Shown here one piece after another: positions 10,980 to 19,132 of a stretch of DNA of 64,000 nucleotides (position 1 is its first letter; each line of letters starts with the position of its first letter). The notes beneath the pieces are model-generated. The model was given only the letters and a program-made list of their open reading frames with translations. It was not told where the DNA came from and ran no database searches. The position numbers were made by a program, and so were the translations under genes. Source of the DNA: Candidatus Nomurabacteria bacterium (GTDB lineage Bacteria; Patescibacteriota; Minisyncoccia; Phycocordibacterales; UBA9973); contig CAWJHU010000001.1 of assembly GCA_963842815.1 (NCBI GenBank), forward strand, positions 179,020-243,019, read 5' to 3'.

Positions 10980-11050
10980 TCGGGCTGCTGGGAATTGAAC
11001 CCAGTCTAAACGCTCCCAAAGCGCTTGTACTACCGGTATACTACAGCCCG
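10980..11050 (-). tRNA. tRNA-Pro(TGG)
   Basis: CGGGCTG...CAGCCCGA, anticodon loop TTTGGGA. Confidence 0.93.
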
Positions 11051-11064
11051 ATTAGATAAAAGTA

Positions 11065-11475
11065 TCATAAAATTATATCTTCCACAACTTTTATCCTCGC
11101 TTTTTTGTTTTTTATATCTAAAAAAACCACTAATAAATCAACCTGCCATTCCTTTTCTTCGTTCACTTTTTCACTTAAAAGATAAGTTTGAATTGTCCGT
11201 GACATTCTTTTCAATTTCCATGGATGCATATTGTCTTCCGGATGGTAATTGTCCATCGTTTCACGATTAACATCATCCAAGGTTTCACGCGAAACACTTT
11301 TTACCTCAACAAAGTGCAACTTCCCTTCTTTTTCAGCCACGATATCTATTTCTCCCCATTTTTTAGTATAATTACGGCTCAGTATTGAAAAACCATGTTT
11401 CATGAGAAACCTTACGGCGGTGTTCTCGCCAATTTCCCCTATCTTTTGTGTTTCTGAAGTAAAAACCTTTGGCAT
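11065..11475 (-). CDS. yraN: YraN (UPF0102) family nuclease
   Basis: GEIGE..A..FL, RNY, GEIDIVA, HFVEVK. Confidence 0.9.
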   Translation of the reverse strand: MPKVFTSETQKIGEIGENTAVRFLMKHGFSILSRNYTKKWGEIDIVAEKEGKLHFVEVKSVSRETLDDVNRETMDNYHPEDNMHPWKLKRMSRTIQTYLLSEKVNEEKEWQVDLLVVFLDIKNKKARIKVVEDIIL

Positions 11476-11640
11476 TTTCTCTTTGTTTCATGTAAAACAC
11501 TCAAAATAGTGTTTCACGTGAAGGAAATTACTTAATTTTATGTCTTTTAATATAATATCCTTATTTTGTAACGTATTTTTGATAAATTGGCCATAAAAGA
11601 CAACATTTCAATGTGTCCTTTATGAACATTACCAACATAG

Positions 11641-11649
11641 TTATCCACA
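11641..11649 (+). promoter_or_regulatory. DnaA box in AT-rich intergenic region
   Basis: TTATCCACA perfect match. Confidence 0.5.
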
Positions 11650-11726
11650 GTTTTTAATAAAATCCTTATGAATAAAGGAGAAACTAAAAGACACATAGTT
11701 GATAACTAAACTTATCCTTTTTTATG

Positions 11727-11798
11727 TGCACCCGGAGGGATTCGAACCCCCAACAACTGCTTCGAAGGCAGGGATGATATCCATTTCACCACGGGTGC
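11727..11798 (-). tRNA. tRNA-Arg(TCG)
   Basis: GCACCCG...CGGGTGCA, anticodon loop CTTCGAA. Confidence 0.93.
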
Positions 11799-11909
11799 AA
11801 GGCTGTTTATTATACTATAATTTTTTTTAATTAACAAAATTGCAATATTTTTACTAAAATATTATAATTGACTGACTTATTATTAATAAAACAAGTATAA
11901 CAAATAATA

Positions 11910-11980
11910 GCGGTTATGGTTTAGTGGTAGAACACGTCCTTGCCAAGGATGAGACGGGAGTTCGATTCTCCCTAGCCGCA
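11910..11980 (+). tRNA. tRNA-Gly(GCC)
   Basis: GCGGTTA...TAGCCGCA, anticodon loop TTGCCAA. Confidence 0.95.
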
Positions 11981-11993
11981 CAAAAAAGTTTTT

Positions 11994-13569
11994 ATGATTA
12001 ATTCAAAAACTTAATATCTAAAATCCCTAAAGAGGTTTCATATGTAACGGACACGCTTGAAAAAGCTGGTTTTGAAGCATACCTGGTTGGCGGATGTGTT
12101 AGGGATATTTTAATGGACAGAGAGCCAAAAGATTGGGACGTAACCACTAACGCCAAACCGGAACAAATCATCAAACTTTTCCCAAAAACGGTCTATGAGA
12201 ATGAATTTGGAACCGTAATGGTTATTCAGGAAGATGTTCCTTATGAAACATTACGTCAAATAGAGGTTACGCCATATAGAATTGAGACAAAATATAGTGA
12301 TTTTAGACACCCAGACGAAGTAAAATTCAGCGACAAATTAGAAGATGACCTTAAAAGACGTGATTTTACTATAAATGCCATGGCCTTTAGAAATACAAAA
12401 GGCAATTCTAGTATAACGGACATGTTTGATGGATTAAAGGACATCAAAGATAAAATGTTAAAGGCAGTAGGGAACCCGGATGATCGTTTTAAAGAAGATG
12501 CTCTCCGAATGTTGCGAGCTGTGCGCATAGCTTTACAGCTTGGTTTTTCTGTGTCCTATGAAAGCAGTGAAAGTATTTTAAAAAATGCAAATTTAATAAA
12601 AAAAATTTCACCGGAAAGAATTCGCGATGAATTTACAAAAATAATTTTATCGGAAAATCCGTCTGTAGGAATTGTAATGCTGCAAAAATTGGATTGCTGA
12701 AAAATATAATTCCAGAATTGGAAGAGGGGATTGATTGTGAGCAAGGAGGGGAGCATATTTACGATGTTTTTAACCATTTGCTTCATGCCTTGCAACATTC
12801 GGCGGACAAGAATTGGCCTTTAGAAGTAAGGCTCGCAGCGCTTTTTCACGATATTGGGAAACCAAAATCTAAACGACTTGCTCCGCAGGAAAATGCTCTC
12901 CGTCATTCGCATTCCATCCTGGAAGGGCAAGATATTTCTGGCCGCAGCGAAGATTCCTCCGAGCATCTTCCTGCTACGCGAAAACAATTTACATTTTACG
13001 GTCATGAAGTTGTTAGTACAAAAATGGCAAAAAAAATAATGGAGCGATTAAAATTTTCCAAAAAAGAGATTGAATTAGTGGAAAAATTAGTTCGCAATCA
13101 TATGTTTTTTTCCGATACGGAATTAATTACGCTTTCCGCGGTGCGAAGAATTATTACCAAAGTTGGCAAGGAAAATATTTGGCTCCTGATGGATGTCCGT
13201 GAGTGCGATAGAGTGGGAATGAAGAAAAAAGAAACGCCCTATCGTCTGCGAAAATATTTTGCCATGATAGAAGAGGCATTGCACGATCCGATTTCTGTCG
13301 GACAGCTGAAAATTAATGGAGAATTTATGATAAAAGAGCTGGGAATTGTCCCCGGACCAAGAATGGGGTGGATTTTACATGCGCTTTTAGAAGAAGTATT
13401 GGATGATCCGAAAAAAAATACCAAAGAACATCTTTCAGAATTAGTTAAATCATTAAATGTACTTCCTGATGATGCCTTAAGGACATTGGGCGAGCGCGGA
13501 AAAGAAAAAAAAGAAGAGCTGGAAGAAAAAGAAATAGAAAAATTACATACAAAACATGGAGTGAGGTAA
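11994..13569 (+). CDS. cca: CCA tRNA nucleotidyltransferase with HD domain (frameshifts near 12008 and 12693)
   Basis: YLVGGCVRD, DWDVTT, RRDFTINAMA, EDALRMLR, ERIRDE, HDIGK, FYGHE. Confidence 0.9.
12885..12974. repeat. Hairpin element in-frame in cca
   Basis: IR gcaggaaaatgctc/gagcatcttcctgc; adds a peptide between HDIGKP and TFYGHE. Confidence 0.75.
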
Positions 13570-13590
13570 AAAATATGTTAAGATAAAAAT

Positions 13591-14499
13591 ATGAAGATTG
13601 GAATTTTTGATTCGGGGGTGGGAGGGCTGATTATTGCCAAGGCAATAAGAAAAGCGATGCCGGAATATGATTACGTTTATTTGGGAGACACAAAAAGAGT
13701 GCCCTATGGCAATCGTTCACACCAGGCTGTATTTGAGTTTACCAAAGAGGCGATGAATTATTTATTTAAGAAAGAAAATTGCGCCATTGTTATCATTGCT
13801 TGCAACACCGTTTCAGCCAGAGCGCTCCGAAGAATCCAACAGGAATATTTGATTGATTACAACAATACCCGCAGATTGATGGGGGAGTCTGTTGAAAGAA
13901 AAATACTTGGAGTTTTAATTCCTACAGCCGAGGAATGCGCCAAATATGGAAGAGTGGGAATTTTAGGAACTTCCGGAACCATAAACTCAAATACTTTTCC
14001 GAAAGAGGTCAAAAAAAAGAATTCATTACTTTTTCACGGCTCGCACTCGAACCTGAATGTGGTTCACGAACCTAATATTGCGTATGCCGAAAAAAGTAAG
14101 AATTCTTTTTCTAGAACAAAAGTTTTTCAAAACTCTGCGCCTATGCTGGTGCCTTTGATTGAAGAAGGGGAGAAAGTTTTGGCCAAGGAATTTCTTAAAA
14201 AATATTTAAAACCATTTTTAAATAAAAAATTGGATGCAGTTGCTCTTGGTTGCACTCATTATCCATTTTATAAGAACGAAATTAAAAAAATTCTCGGCAA
14301 AAAAGTAAAAGTAATTTCTCAGGATGAAATTGTTCCCAAAAAACTGAAAGATTATTTTGTCCAGCATCCGGAACTTGTAAAAAGATTGGCCCAAAATGGC
14401 AAAGCCAAAATTCTTGTTACCGATATAACTCCCAATATAATAAAACTGTCTAAAAAATGGTTCGGTAAAAATGCAAGGCCGGAATTAATTGAAATATAA
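13591..14499 (+). CDS. murI: Glutamate racemase
   Basis: IFDSGVGG, PYG, ACNT, LGCTHYP. Confidence 0.95.
   Translation: MKIGIFDSGVGGLIIAKAIRKAMPEYDYVYLGDTKRVPYGNRSHQAVFEFTKEAMNYLFKKENCAIVIIACNTVSARALRRIQQEYLIDYNNTRRLMGESVERKILGVLIPTAEECAKYGRVGILGTSGTINSNTFPKEVKKKNSLLFHGSHSNLNVVHEPNIAYAEKSKNSFSRTKVFQNSAPMLVPLIEEGEKVLAKEFLKKYLKPFLNKKLDAVALGCTHYPFYKNEIKKILGKKVKVISQDEIVPKKLKDYFVQHPELVKRLAQNGKAKILVTDITPNIIKLSKKWFGKNARPELIEI
14014..14110. repeat. Hairpin element in-frame in murI
   Basis: IR aaaaagaattc(a)ttacttttt/aaaaagtaagaattcttttt with inner cggc/gccg and gaacc/ggttc stems. Confidence 0.8.
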
Positions 14500-14507
14500 A
14501 ATAAAAT

Positions 14508-14591
14508 GCCGTGGTGGCGAAATTGGTAGACGCGCTAGTTTCAGGTACTAGTGGAAGCAATTCCTTGGGAGTTCGAGTCTCCCCCACGGCA
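14508..14591 (+). tRNA. tRNA-Leu(CAG)
   Basis: GCCGTGG...CCACGGCA, anticodon arm CTAGT-TTCAGGT-ACTAG, long variable arm. Confidence 0.95.
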
Positions 14592-14601
14592 CAAAAAATT
14601 T

Positions 14602-15369
14602 TTACATCTCCAGCCAAATCGGGCAATGGTCGGAACCGTAATAATCGGACATTATGCCTGTACTTTTTATTTTAGGAACAATTTCAGAACTGGCGAAAAA
14701 ATAGTCAAAACGCCAGCCGACATTTCTATCCCTGGCAAAAGTTTTCATGTCCCAATAGGTGTAGGCGCCGATTTTATCCGGATAAAATTTTCTGAAAACA
14801 TCTATAAAATTATTTTTAATTACTTTATCAATCCAAGCGCGTTCAATGGGTAGGAAGCCGGTATTTTCTTCGTTTGCTTTCGGACGAGCCAAATCTATTT
14901 CTTTATGAGAAGTATTTACATCTCCGCAAAAAATAACGTGTTCGCCATTCTTTCGCAATCTCAGGATAAATTTTAAAAAGGCGTCATAAAATTCAAGTTT
15001 GTATTTCAGGCGCGCCGGACCTTGTCCGCCGTTCGGGAAATAAGCAGTGATTATAGTGAAATTTTTATATTTAGCGCCCACCAGTCTGCCTTCATCGTCA
15101 AACTTTTTGATGCCCATGCCATAAAAAACTTCCTTCGGTTTCTCTTTGGAATAAATTGCCACTCCGCTGTAGCCTTTTCTTAATTTGGAAGAAGAAAAAT
15201 AAGAATAATACCCGGGCACATTTCGTGTTTCTTCTGTAAGTTGTTCCGGCTCCGCTTTTGTTTCCTGCAGACACAAAATATCCGGCTTCCCTTCGGCGAA
15301 CAGGGGATTAAAAAATCCTTGTTTGGCGGTGGCTCTTAACCCATTTGTGTTCCACGAAACTATTTTCAT
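14602..15369 (-). CDS. xth: Exodeoxyribonuclease III
   Basis: SWNTNG, LQETK, GYSGVA, GDVN, GWRFDY, SDHCP. Confidence 0.95.
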   Translation of the reverse strand: MKIVSWNTNGLRATAKQGFFNPLFAEGKPDILCLQETKAEPEQLTEETRNVPGYYSYFSSSKLRKGYSGVAIYSKEKPKEVFYGMGIKKFDDEGRLVGAKYKNFTIITAYFPNGGQGPARLKYKLEFYDAFLKFILRLRKNGEHVIFCGDVNTSHKEIDLARPKANEENTGFLPIERAWIDKVIKNNFIDVFRKFYPDKIGAYTYWDMKTFARDRNVGWRFDYFFASSEIVPKIKSTGIMSDYYGSDHCPIWLEM

Positions 15370-15406
15370 ATATTATTATGATAGCATAAAGTTTCACGGA
15401 TTTATT

Positions 15407-15524
15407 AGTAAAAAATAGGAAAATATCTTTTTAAGGGGTTTCGAGCGCGACGGCGCGAGAATTTCAGGATTTTTTAAGCTTCAAAAAATCCGTACCGGCA
15501 AAAAGATGTTTTTTATTTTTTACT
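15407..15524 (+). repeat. Hairpin element family B, intergenic
   Basis: 77-bp core identical to the 10064 copy, different ~25-bp outer IR. Confidence 0.9.
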
Positions 15525-16434
15525 TTCTGCTGTGAAACTTTTTATGCACATCCAATAATTGTTTGTCGGTAACGTGCGTGTAGATTTGAGTGGTGGCAAT
15601 ATTTGAATGCCCTAGCATCATTTGTACACTCCTGATATCTGCGCCATTTTGCAATAAGTCGGTAGCGAAGCAATGTCTGATAATATGCGGAGTAACTTTT
15701 TTTGAAATGCCGGCCCTGATGGCATATTGCTTTACGATTCTCTCAATGGATCTCTTGGTCAATGGGCCGGTTTCTTTTTCAGAAGTTTCCTTTCCTACTT
15801 TTACAAAAAGGGCGTCGTCCATATCTTTTCGCAACGTCAGATATTTTTTAATAGCATTTTTCGCTTCTTGGGATATAAAAACTACGCGAACTTTTCCGCC
15901 TTTTCCGCGAATGGAAAATTGTTCAGAATGGAGATCAATATCATTAGTTAAACTGCAAAGTTCCGAAACGCGGAGACCGGTAGAAAAAAGAAGTTCCAAG
16001 ATAGCTTTATCTCGGAGTGATTTTATATCATTTCCTTTGGGAGCATCCAACAAACGGTGGAGTTCTGTTTGAGAAATTAAATCCAGAGATCTTTCGCTAA
16101 TCTTAGCCAATTCTATCCGCTCGGCGGACATAGTTTCTATTTCTTGCCGTGCCAGATATTTTAAAAATGCCCTGATGGCTATCAGGTAATAATTTTGAGT
16201 TTTCTTAGTTAAAGTTTCGCCGGTTGCCCTATTGTTGCCGGTGGATTGGCGGTTGAGCCAAAGGCGGAATTCTCGCACCACATTGTCGTTTATTTTTGCC
16301 GGATTATCATTTTTTATAAAATCTAAAAAGCGAGTGAGATAATGGTCGTAGTTTCTGACAGTATTGAGCGCTCGGCCTCTTTCTATTTCCACATATTCCA
16401 AAAATTGAGTTTTGAGCTGTTTTAAAGATGCCAT
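15520..16434 (-). CDS. XerC/D-like tyrosine recombinase
   Basis: TGLRVSEL, GKGGK, PHIIRH, LGH, TTQIY. Confidence 0.92.
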   Translation of the reverse strand: MASLKQLKTQFLEYVEIERGRALNTVRNYDHYLTRFLDFIKNDNPAKINDNVVREFRLWLNRQSTGNNRATGETLTKKTQNYYLIAIRAFLKYLARQEIETMSAERIELAKISERSLDLISQTELHRLLDAPKGNDIKSLRDKAILELLFSTGLRVSELCSLTNDIDLHSEQFSIRGKGGKVRVVFISQEAKNAIKKYLTLRKDMDDALFVKVGKETSEKETGPLTKRSIERIVKQYAIRAGISKKVTPHIIRHCFATDLLQNGADIRSVQMMLGHSNIATTQIYTHVTDKQLLDVHKKFHSRK

Positions 16435-16512
16435 AGTTTAAGTATACCAAATATTGTGCGACATCGCTGTTTTATCTTGCAAATTCAACGACTTTATGCT
16501 AAGATGAAGCCC

Positions 16513-16776
16513 ATGTTAACTACCAAGAAAAAGCAAACAGTTATAAAGAAAAACCAAGTTCACGAGAAAGATACAGGCTCTTCCGAGGTGCAGGTGGCTG
16601 TTTTGTCTACCCAAATAGAGGAGTTAGCCAAGCATTTAAAGAAACACAAAAAAGACAATAGTTCTCGCCGGGGACTCATTAAAATGGTGGCTGACAGACG
16701 CACTCATTTGAAATATTTGGAACGCAAAAACAAGCCCCGCTATAATGCACTCATGAAGAAGATGAATCTCTCCTAG
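16513..16776 (+). CDS. rpsO: 30S ribosomal protein S15
   Basis: DTGSSEVQVA, HKKDNSSRRGL. Confidence 0.95.
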   Translation: MLTTKKKQTVIKKNQVHEKDTGSSEVQVAVLSTQIEELAKHLKKHKKDNSSRRGLIKMVADRRTHLKYLERKNKPRYNALMKKMNLS

Positions 16777-16796
16777 TTTTTTGCTATACTTAATCT

Positions 16797-17303
16797 ATGA
16801 CAGTTATAAAAAATAAGGAGCAGAGAGTAGGAGTTTTTATTGATACGCAAAATCTATATCATTCGGCTCGCAATTTATACAACGCGCGGGTAAATTTCGG
16901 CGCAGTTCTGAAAGAAGCGGTAGCGGGCAGAAAACTTGTCCGGGCGGTGGCTTATGTCATTACTTCCGAAGCGGGTGATGAGAAAAATTTTTTTGAAGCG
17001 CTGGAAAAACTTGGCATTGAAACAAAAACAAAAGATTTGCAAGTTTACGGTGGCTTTAAAAAAGGCGATTGGGATGTCGGCTTGGCAGTGGATGCCATTA
17101 AGTTTGCGCCCAAATTGGATGCTGTCGTGCTTGTCGCCGGTGACGGCGATTATGTGCCTATGGTTGAATATATTCAGAACATAGGTACGCAAGTGGAAGC
17201 TATTTCTTTCGGCAAATCAACTTCCGGCAAACTTCGCGAAGCGGTGGATGATTTTATTGACCTTTCTTTGAATCCGAAGAAATATTTAATAGGGGTGAGG
17301 TAA
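16797..17303 (+). CDS. NYN (LabA/DUF88) domain protein
   Basis: FIDTQNL, KGDWDV, GDGDY. Confidence 0.9.
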   Translation: MTVIKNKEQRVGVFIDTQNLYHSARNLYNARVNFGAVLKEAVAGRKLVRAVAYVITSEAGDEKNFFEALEKLGIETKTKDLQVYGGFKKGDWDVGLAVDAIKFAPKLDAVVLVAGDGDYVPMVEYIQNIGTQVEAISFGKSTSGKLREAVDDFIDLSLNPKKYLIGVR

Positions 17304-17332
17304 ACCTAGGTACTAAATTTAATGTGTGGGTA

Positions 17333-17357
17333 AATGTATTGACATTGTCATTACATT
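17333..17357. promoter_or_regulatory. Operator palindrome over the -35 of the TA operon
   Basis: aatgtattgaca-t-tgtcattacatt containing TTGACA. Confidence 0.65.
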
Positions 17358-17375
17358 AATATATGCTTGTATTAT

Positions 17376-17651
17376 ATGAATACAACAATACAAATTAGAA
17401 TAGATTCACCTACTAAATTAAAAGCCCAAAAAGCATTTAAGAATATGGGACTAGATTTATCTTCTGGAATTAAATATCTTTTAACTCAAGTAAGCAACTC
17501 AAATAGTCTTTCTTATATTTGTGATTTTGGATATTTACATAAATATACTCCAGAAATGTTGAAACAATTCCAAAAAGAGGAGAAGTTAGCTTTAAAAAAG
17601 AAACCACGTTTTTCTTCAGTTAAGGAAATGTTTGATGATTTAGAAAAATAA
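17376..17651 (+). CDS. RelB/DinJ-family antitoxin
   Basis: TTIQIRID..K.KAQKAF..MGLDLS. Confidence 0.85.
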   Translation: MNTTIQIRIDSPTKLKAQKAFKNMGLDLSSGIKYLLTQVSNSNSLSYICDFGYLHKYTPEMLKQFQKEEKLALKKKPRFSSVKEMFDDLEK

Positions 17652-17927
17652 ATGCTAATTCCCGAATACTTAAATTCTTTTAGAAAATCTTATAAAAATT
17701 TCCGTCGGGGTGGAAGAATATCTCGTGCTGATGTGGAGGATATTGTTTTAATGATTACTCAGGGAGAAATTCTCCCAATAAGATGCAAAGATCATAAACT
17801 AACAGGAGAATATGAAGGATATAGAGAGTGTCACATAAAAAAAGATATTTTAATTATTTACAAAATAGATAAATTACGCTCCTTATTAATCTTGAGAAAT
17901 ATAGGCACCCATTCAGAACTTTTTTAA
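17652..17927 (+). CDS. YafQ-family mRNA interferase toxin
   Basis: DHKLTG, RECHI, IGTHSELF. Confidence 0.9.
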   Translation: MLIPEYLNSFRKSYKNFRRGGRISRADVEDIVLMITQGEILPIRCKDHKLTGEYEGYRECHIKKDILIIYKIDKLRSLLILRNIGTHSELF

Positions 17928-17947
17928 GAGTATTGAACTAATTAGAA

Positions 17948-18241
17948 TTATTGATTTTCATCAATCTTTAAAAGCAAAGATTCTTCTTCTTTTAAGATAC
18001 TGTCTAAAGAAATTTTATTTTTAGTTTTAAAAGCTTTACTTTTTTCCATTATGTTCTTAGTTAAAACATCAAATATAGATGGGTCTTTAGTTAATATTTC
18101 TGCCATGTCTTTTAATTGGTTATCGCTGAGACTAACTAAAAATCGAAGCCATATTTCCTTTTGACTAGACGAAACATTTGATGCCCTAAGCAAATTTCCA
18201 ATAGGATGAGGTATTTTTTTGTGCTCTGTGTTAATAATCAT
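17948..18241 (-). CDS. Hypothetical protein
   Basis: 97-aa ORF. Confidence 0.6.
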   Translation of the reverse strand: MIINTEHKKIPHPIGNLLRASNVSSSQKEIWLRFLVSLSDNQLKDMAEILTKDPSIFDVLTKNIMEKSKAFKTKNKISLDSILKEEESLLLKIDENQ

Positions 18242-18260
18242 GATTGTTTATTATACAAGA

Positions 18261-18911
18261 TTATTGTTCAAAATTCGGAGGGATGACCACCCCTTTGGTT
18301 TCTTCATATGGTTTTCCAACAACTTTTGTTAATTCACCATTATTTACTAAAACAACCTTTGTGGCTCCGTCTGAAAAATGCATTATAAAAGATGTATAAG
18401 AATTCTTATCATCTTCTGCTAACGGAACACCTGGCGTCACTTCTACACTATCTATAAATTTGCCATCACTAAATTGTTGACTAAAATCTATTAAACTTCT
18501 TTTTATTTCAATATCATATGCTTTTCCTATTTGCATATCTTTTATCCCTGGTGTTGCACTCAAAAGTTCAAAGCTTCCGGTTGTTTCATTAAAGAAAATA
18601 CCCTCAGGTAACTGTTCTTTTGAACCATGTTGGTTTAACTCTCCACCTAAGATTTTCGCTATTTTTATTTTTAATTTATGCTGACCTTCATAAAAAAATT
18701 CCTGAAAATCTTTTTTAACTTCGGGAGTATTTCTATGTTGTTGAGCAATTGCTTCTTGTGCAGTAAAAGAAGTTATTACTAAAAGAAGCCCACCTATGGT
18801 TTTCGCAGTCGAAGAGTGCATCTTTTTTAAGAAAGCTGATTCTTTATTTTTTACATTATTTTCAGAGTTTTCTGGAGATTCTATGTTGTTTTTTCTTTCA
18901 AAGGAAAACAT
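18261..18911 (-). CDS. Hypothetical exported protein with N-terminal extension
   Basis: 216 aa; polar N-extension followed by a hydrophobic signal-like segment ending AIA-QQ. Confidence 0.65.
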   Translation of the reverse strand: MFSFERKNNIESPENSENNVKNKESAFLKKMHSSTAKTIGGLLLVITSFTAQEAIAQQHRNTPEVKKDFQEFFYEGQHKLKIKIAKILGGELNQHGSKEQLPEGIFFNETTGSFELLSATPGIKDMQIGKAYDIEIKRSLIDFSQQFSDGKFIDSVEVTPGVPLAEDDKNSYTSFIMHFSDGATKVVLVNNGELTKVVGKPYEETKGVVIPPNFEQ

Positions 18912-19057
18912 GGTAAAACTATATCATAAGTTAAAAAAATATGGAAGATCAGGTGTTTATATTTTTAAAATAACAAAAAGCCCTTATGAATTCAGGTCCA
19001 TATTTTTGCTTTTTTGTTTGAATAATGTTAAGGTGGTAGTAGTTTATTAGTTAATCC

Positions 19058-19123
19058 GTTCGCCTTTAGATAGAGATAGTGTCTCACTTTATGGTGAAAC
19101 AATACTTTATTCTGAAGGAGAAC
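19058..19123 (+). promoter_or_regulatory. Long hairpin in the pnp leader
   Basis: gttc-ccttt-agatagag-tgtctcac / gtgaaaca-ctttattct-gaagg-gaac pairing. Confidence 0.6.
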
Positions 19124-19132
19124 TAAAAAAAT

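Larger units (their letters stand above)
11257..12250. promoter_or_regulatory. Cluster of parS-like sites
   Basis: Matches to TGTTTCACGTGAAACA at 11257, 11281, 11484, 11510, 12034, 12235. Confidence 0.7.

Noticed and set aside
16797-17303. NYN gene after rpsO as another toxin-sRNA module
   Set aside because: Conserved LabA-type sequence in a housekeeping context; no adjacent small-RNA promoter or hairpin seen.
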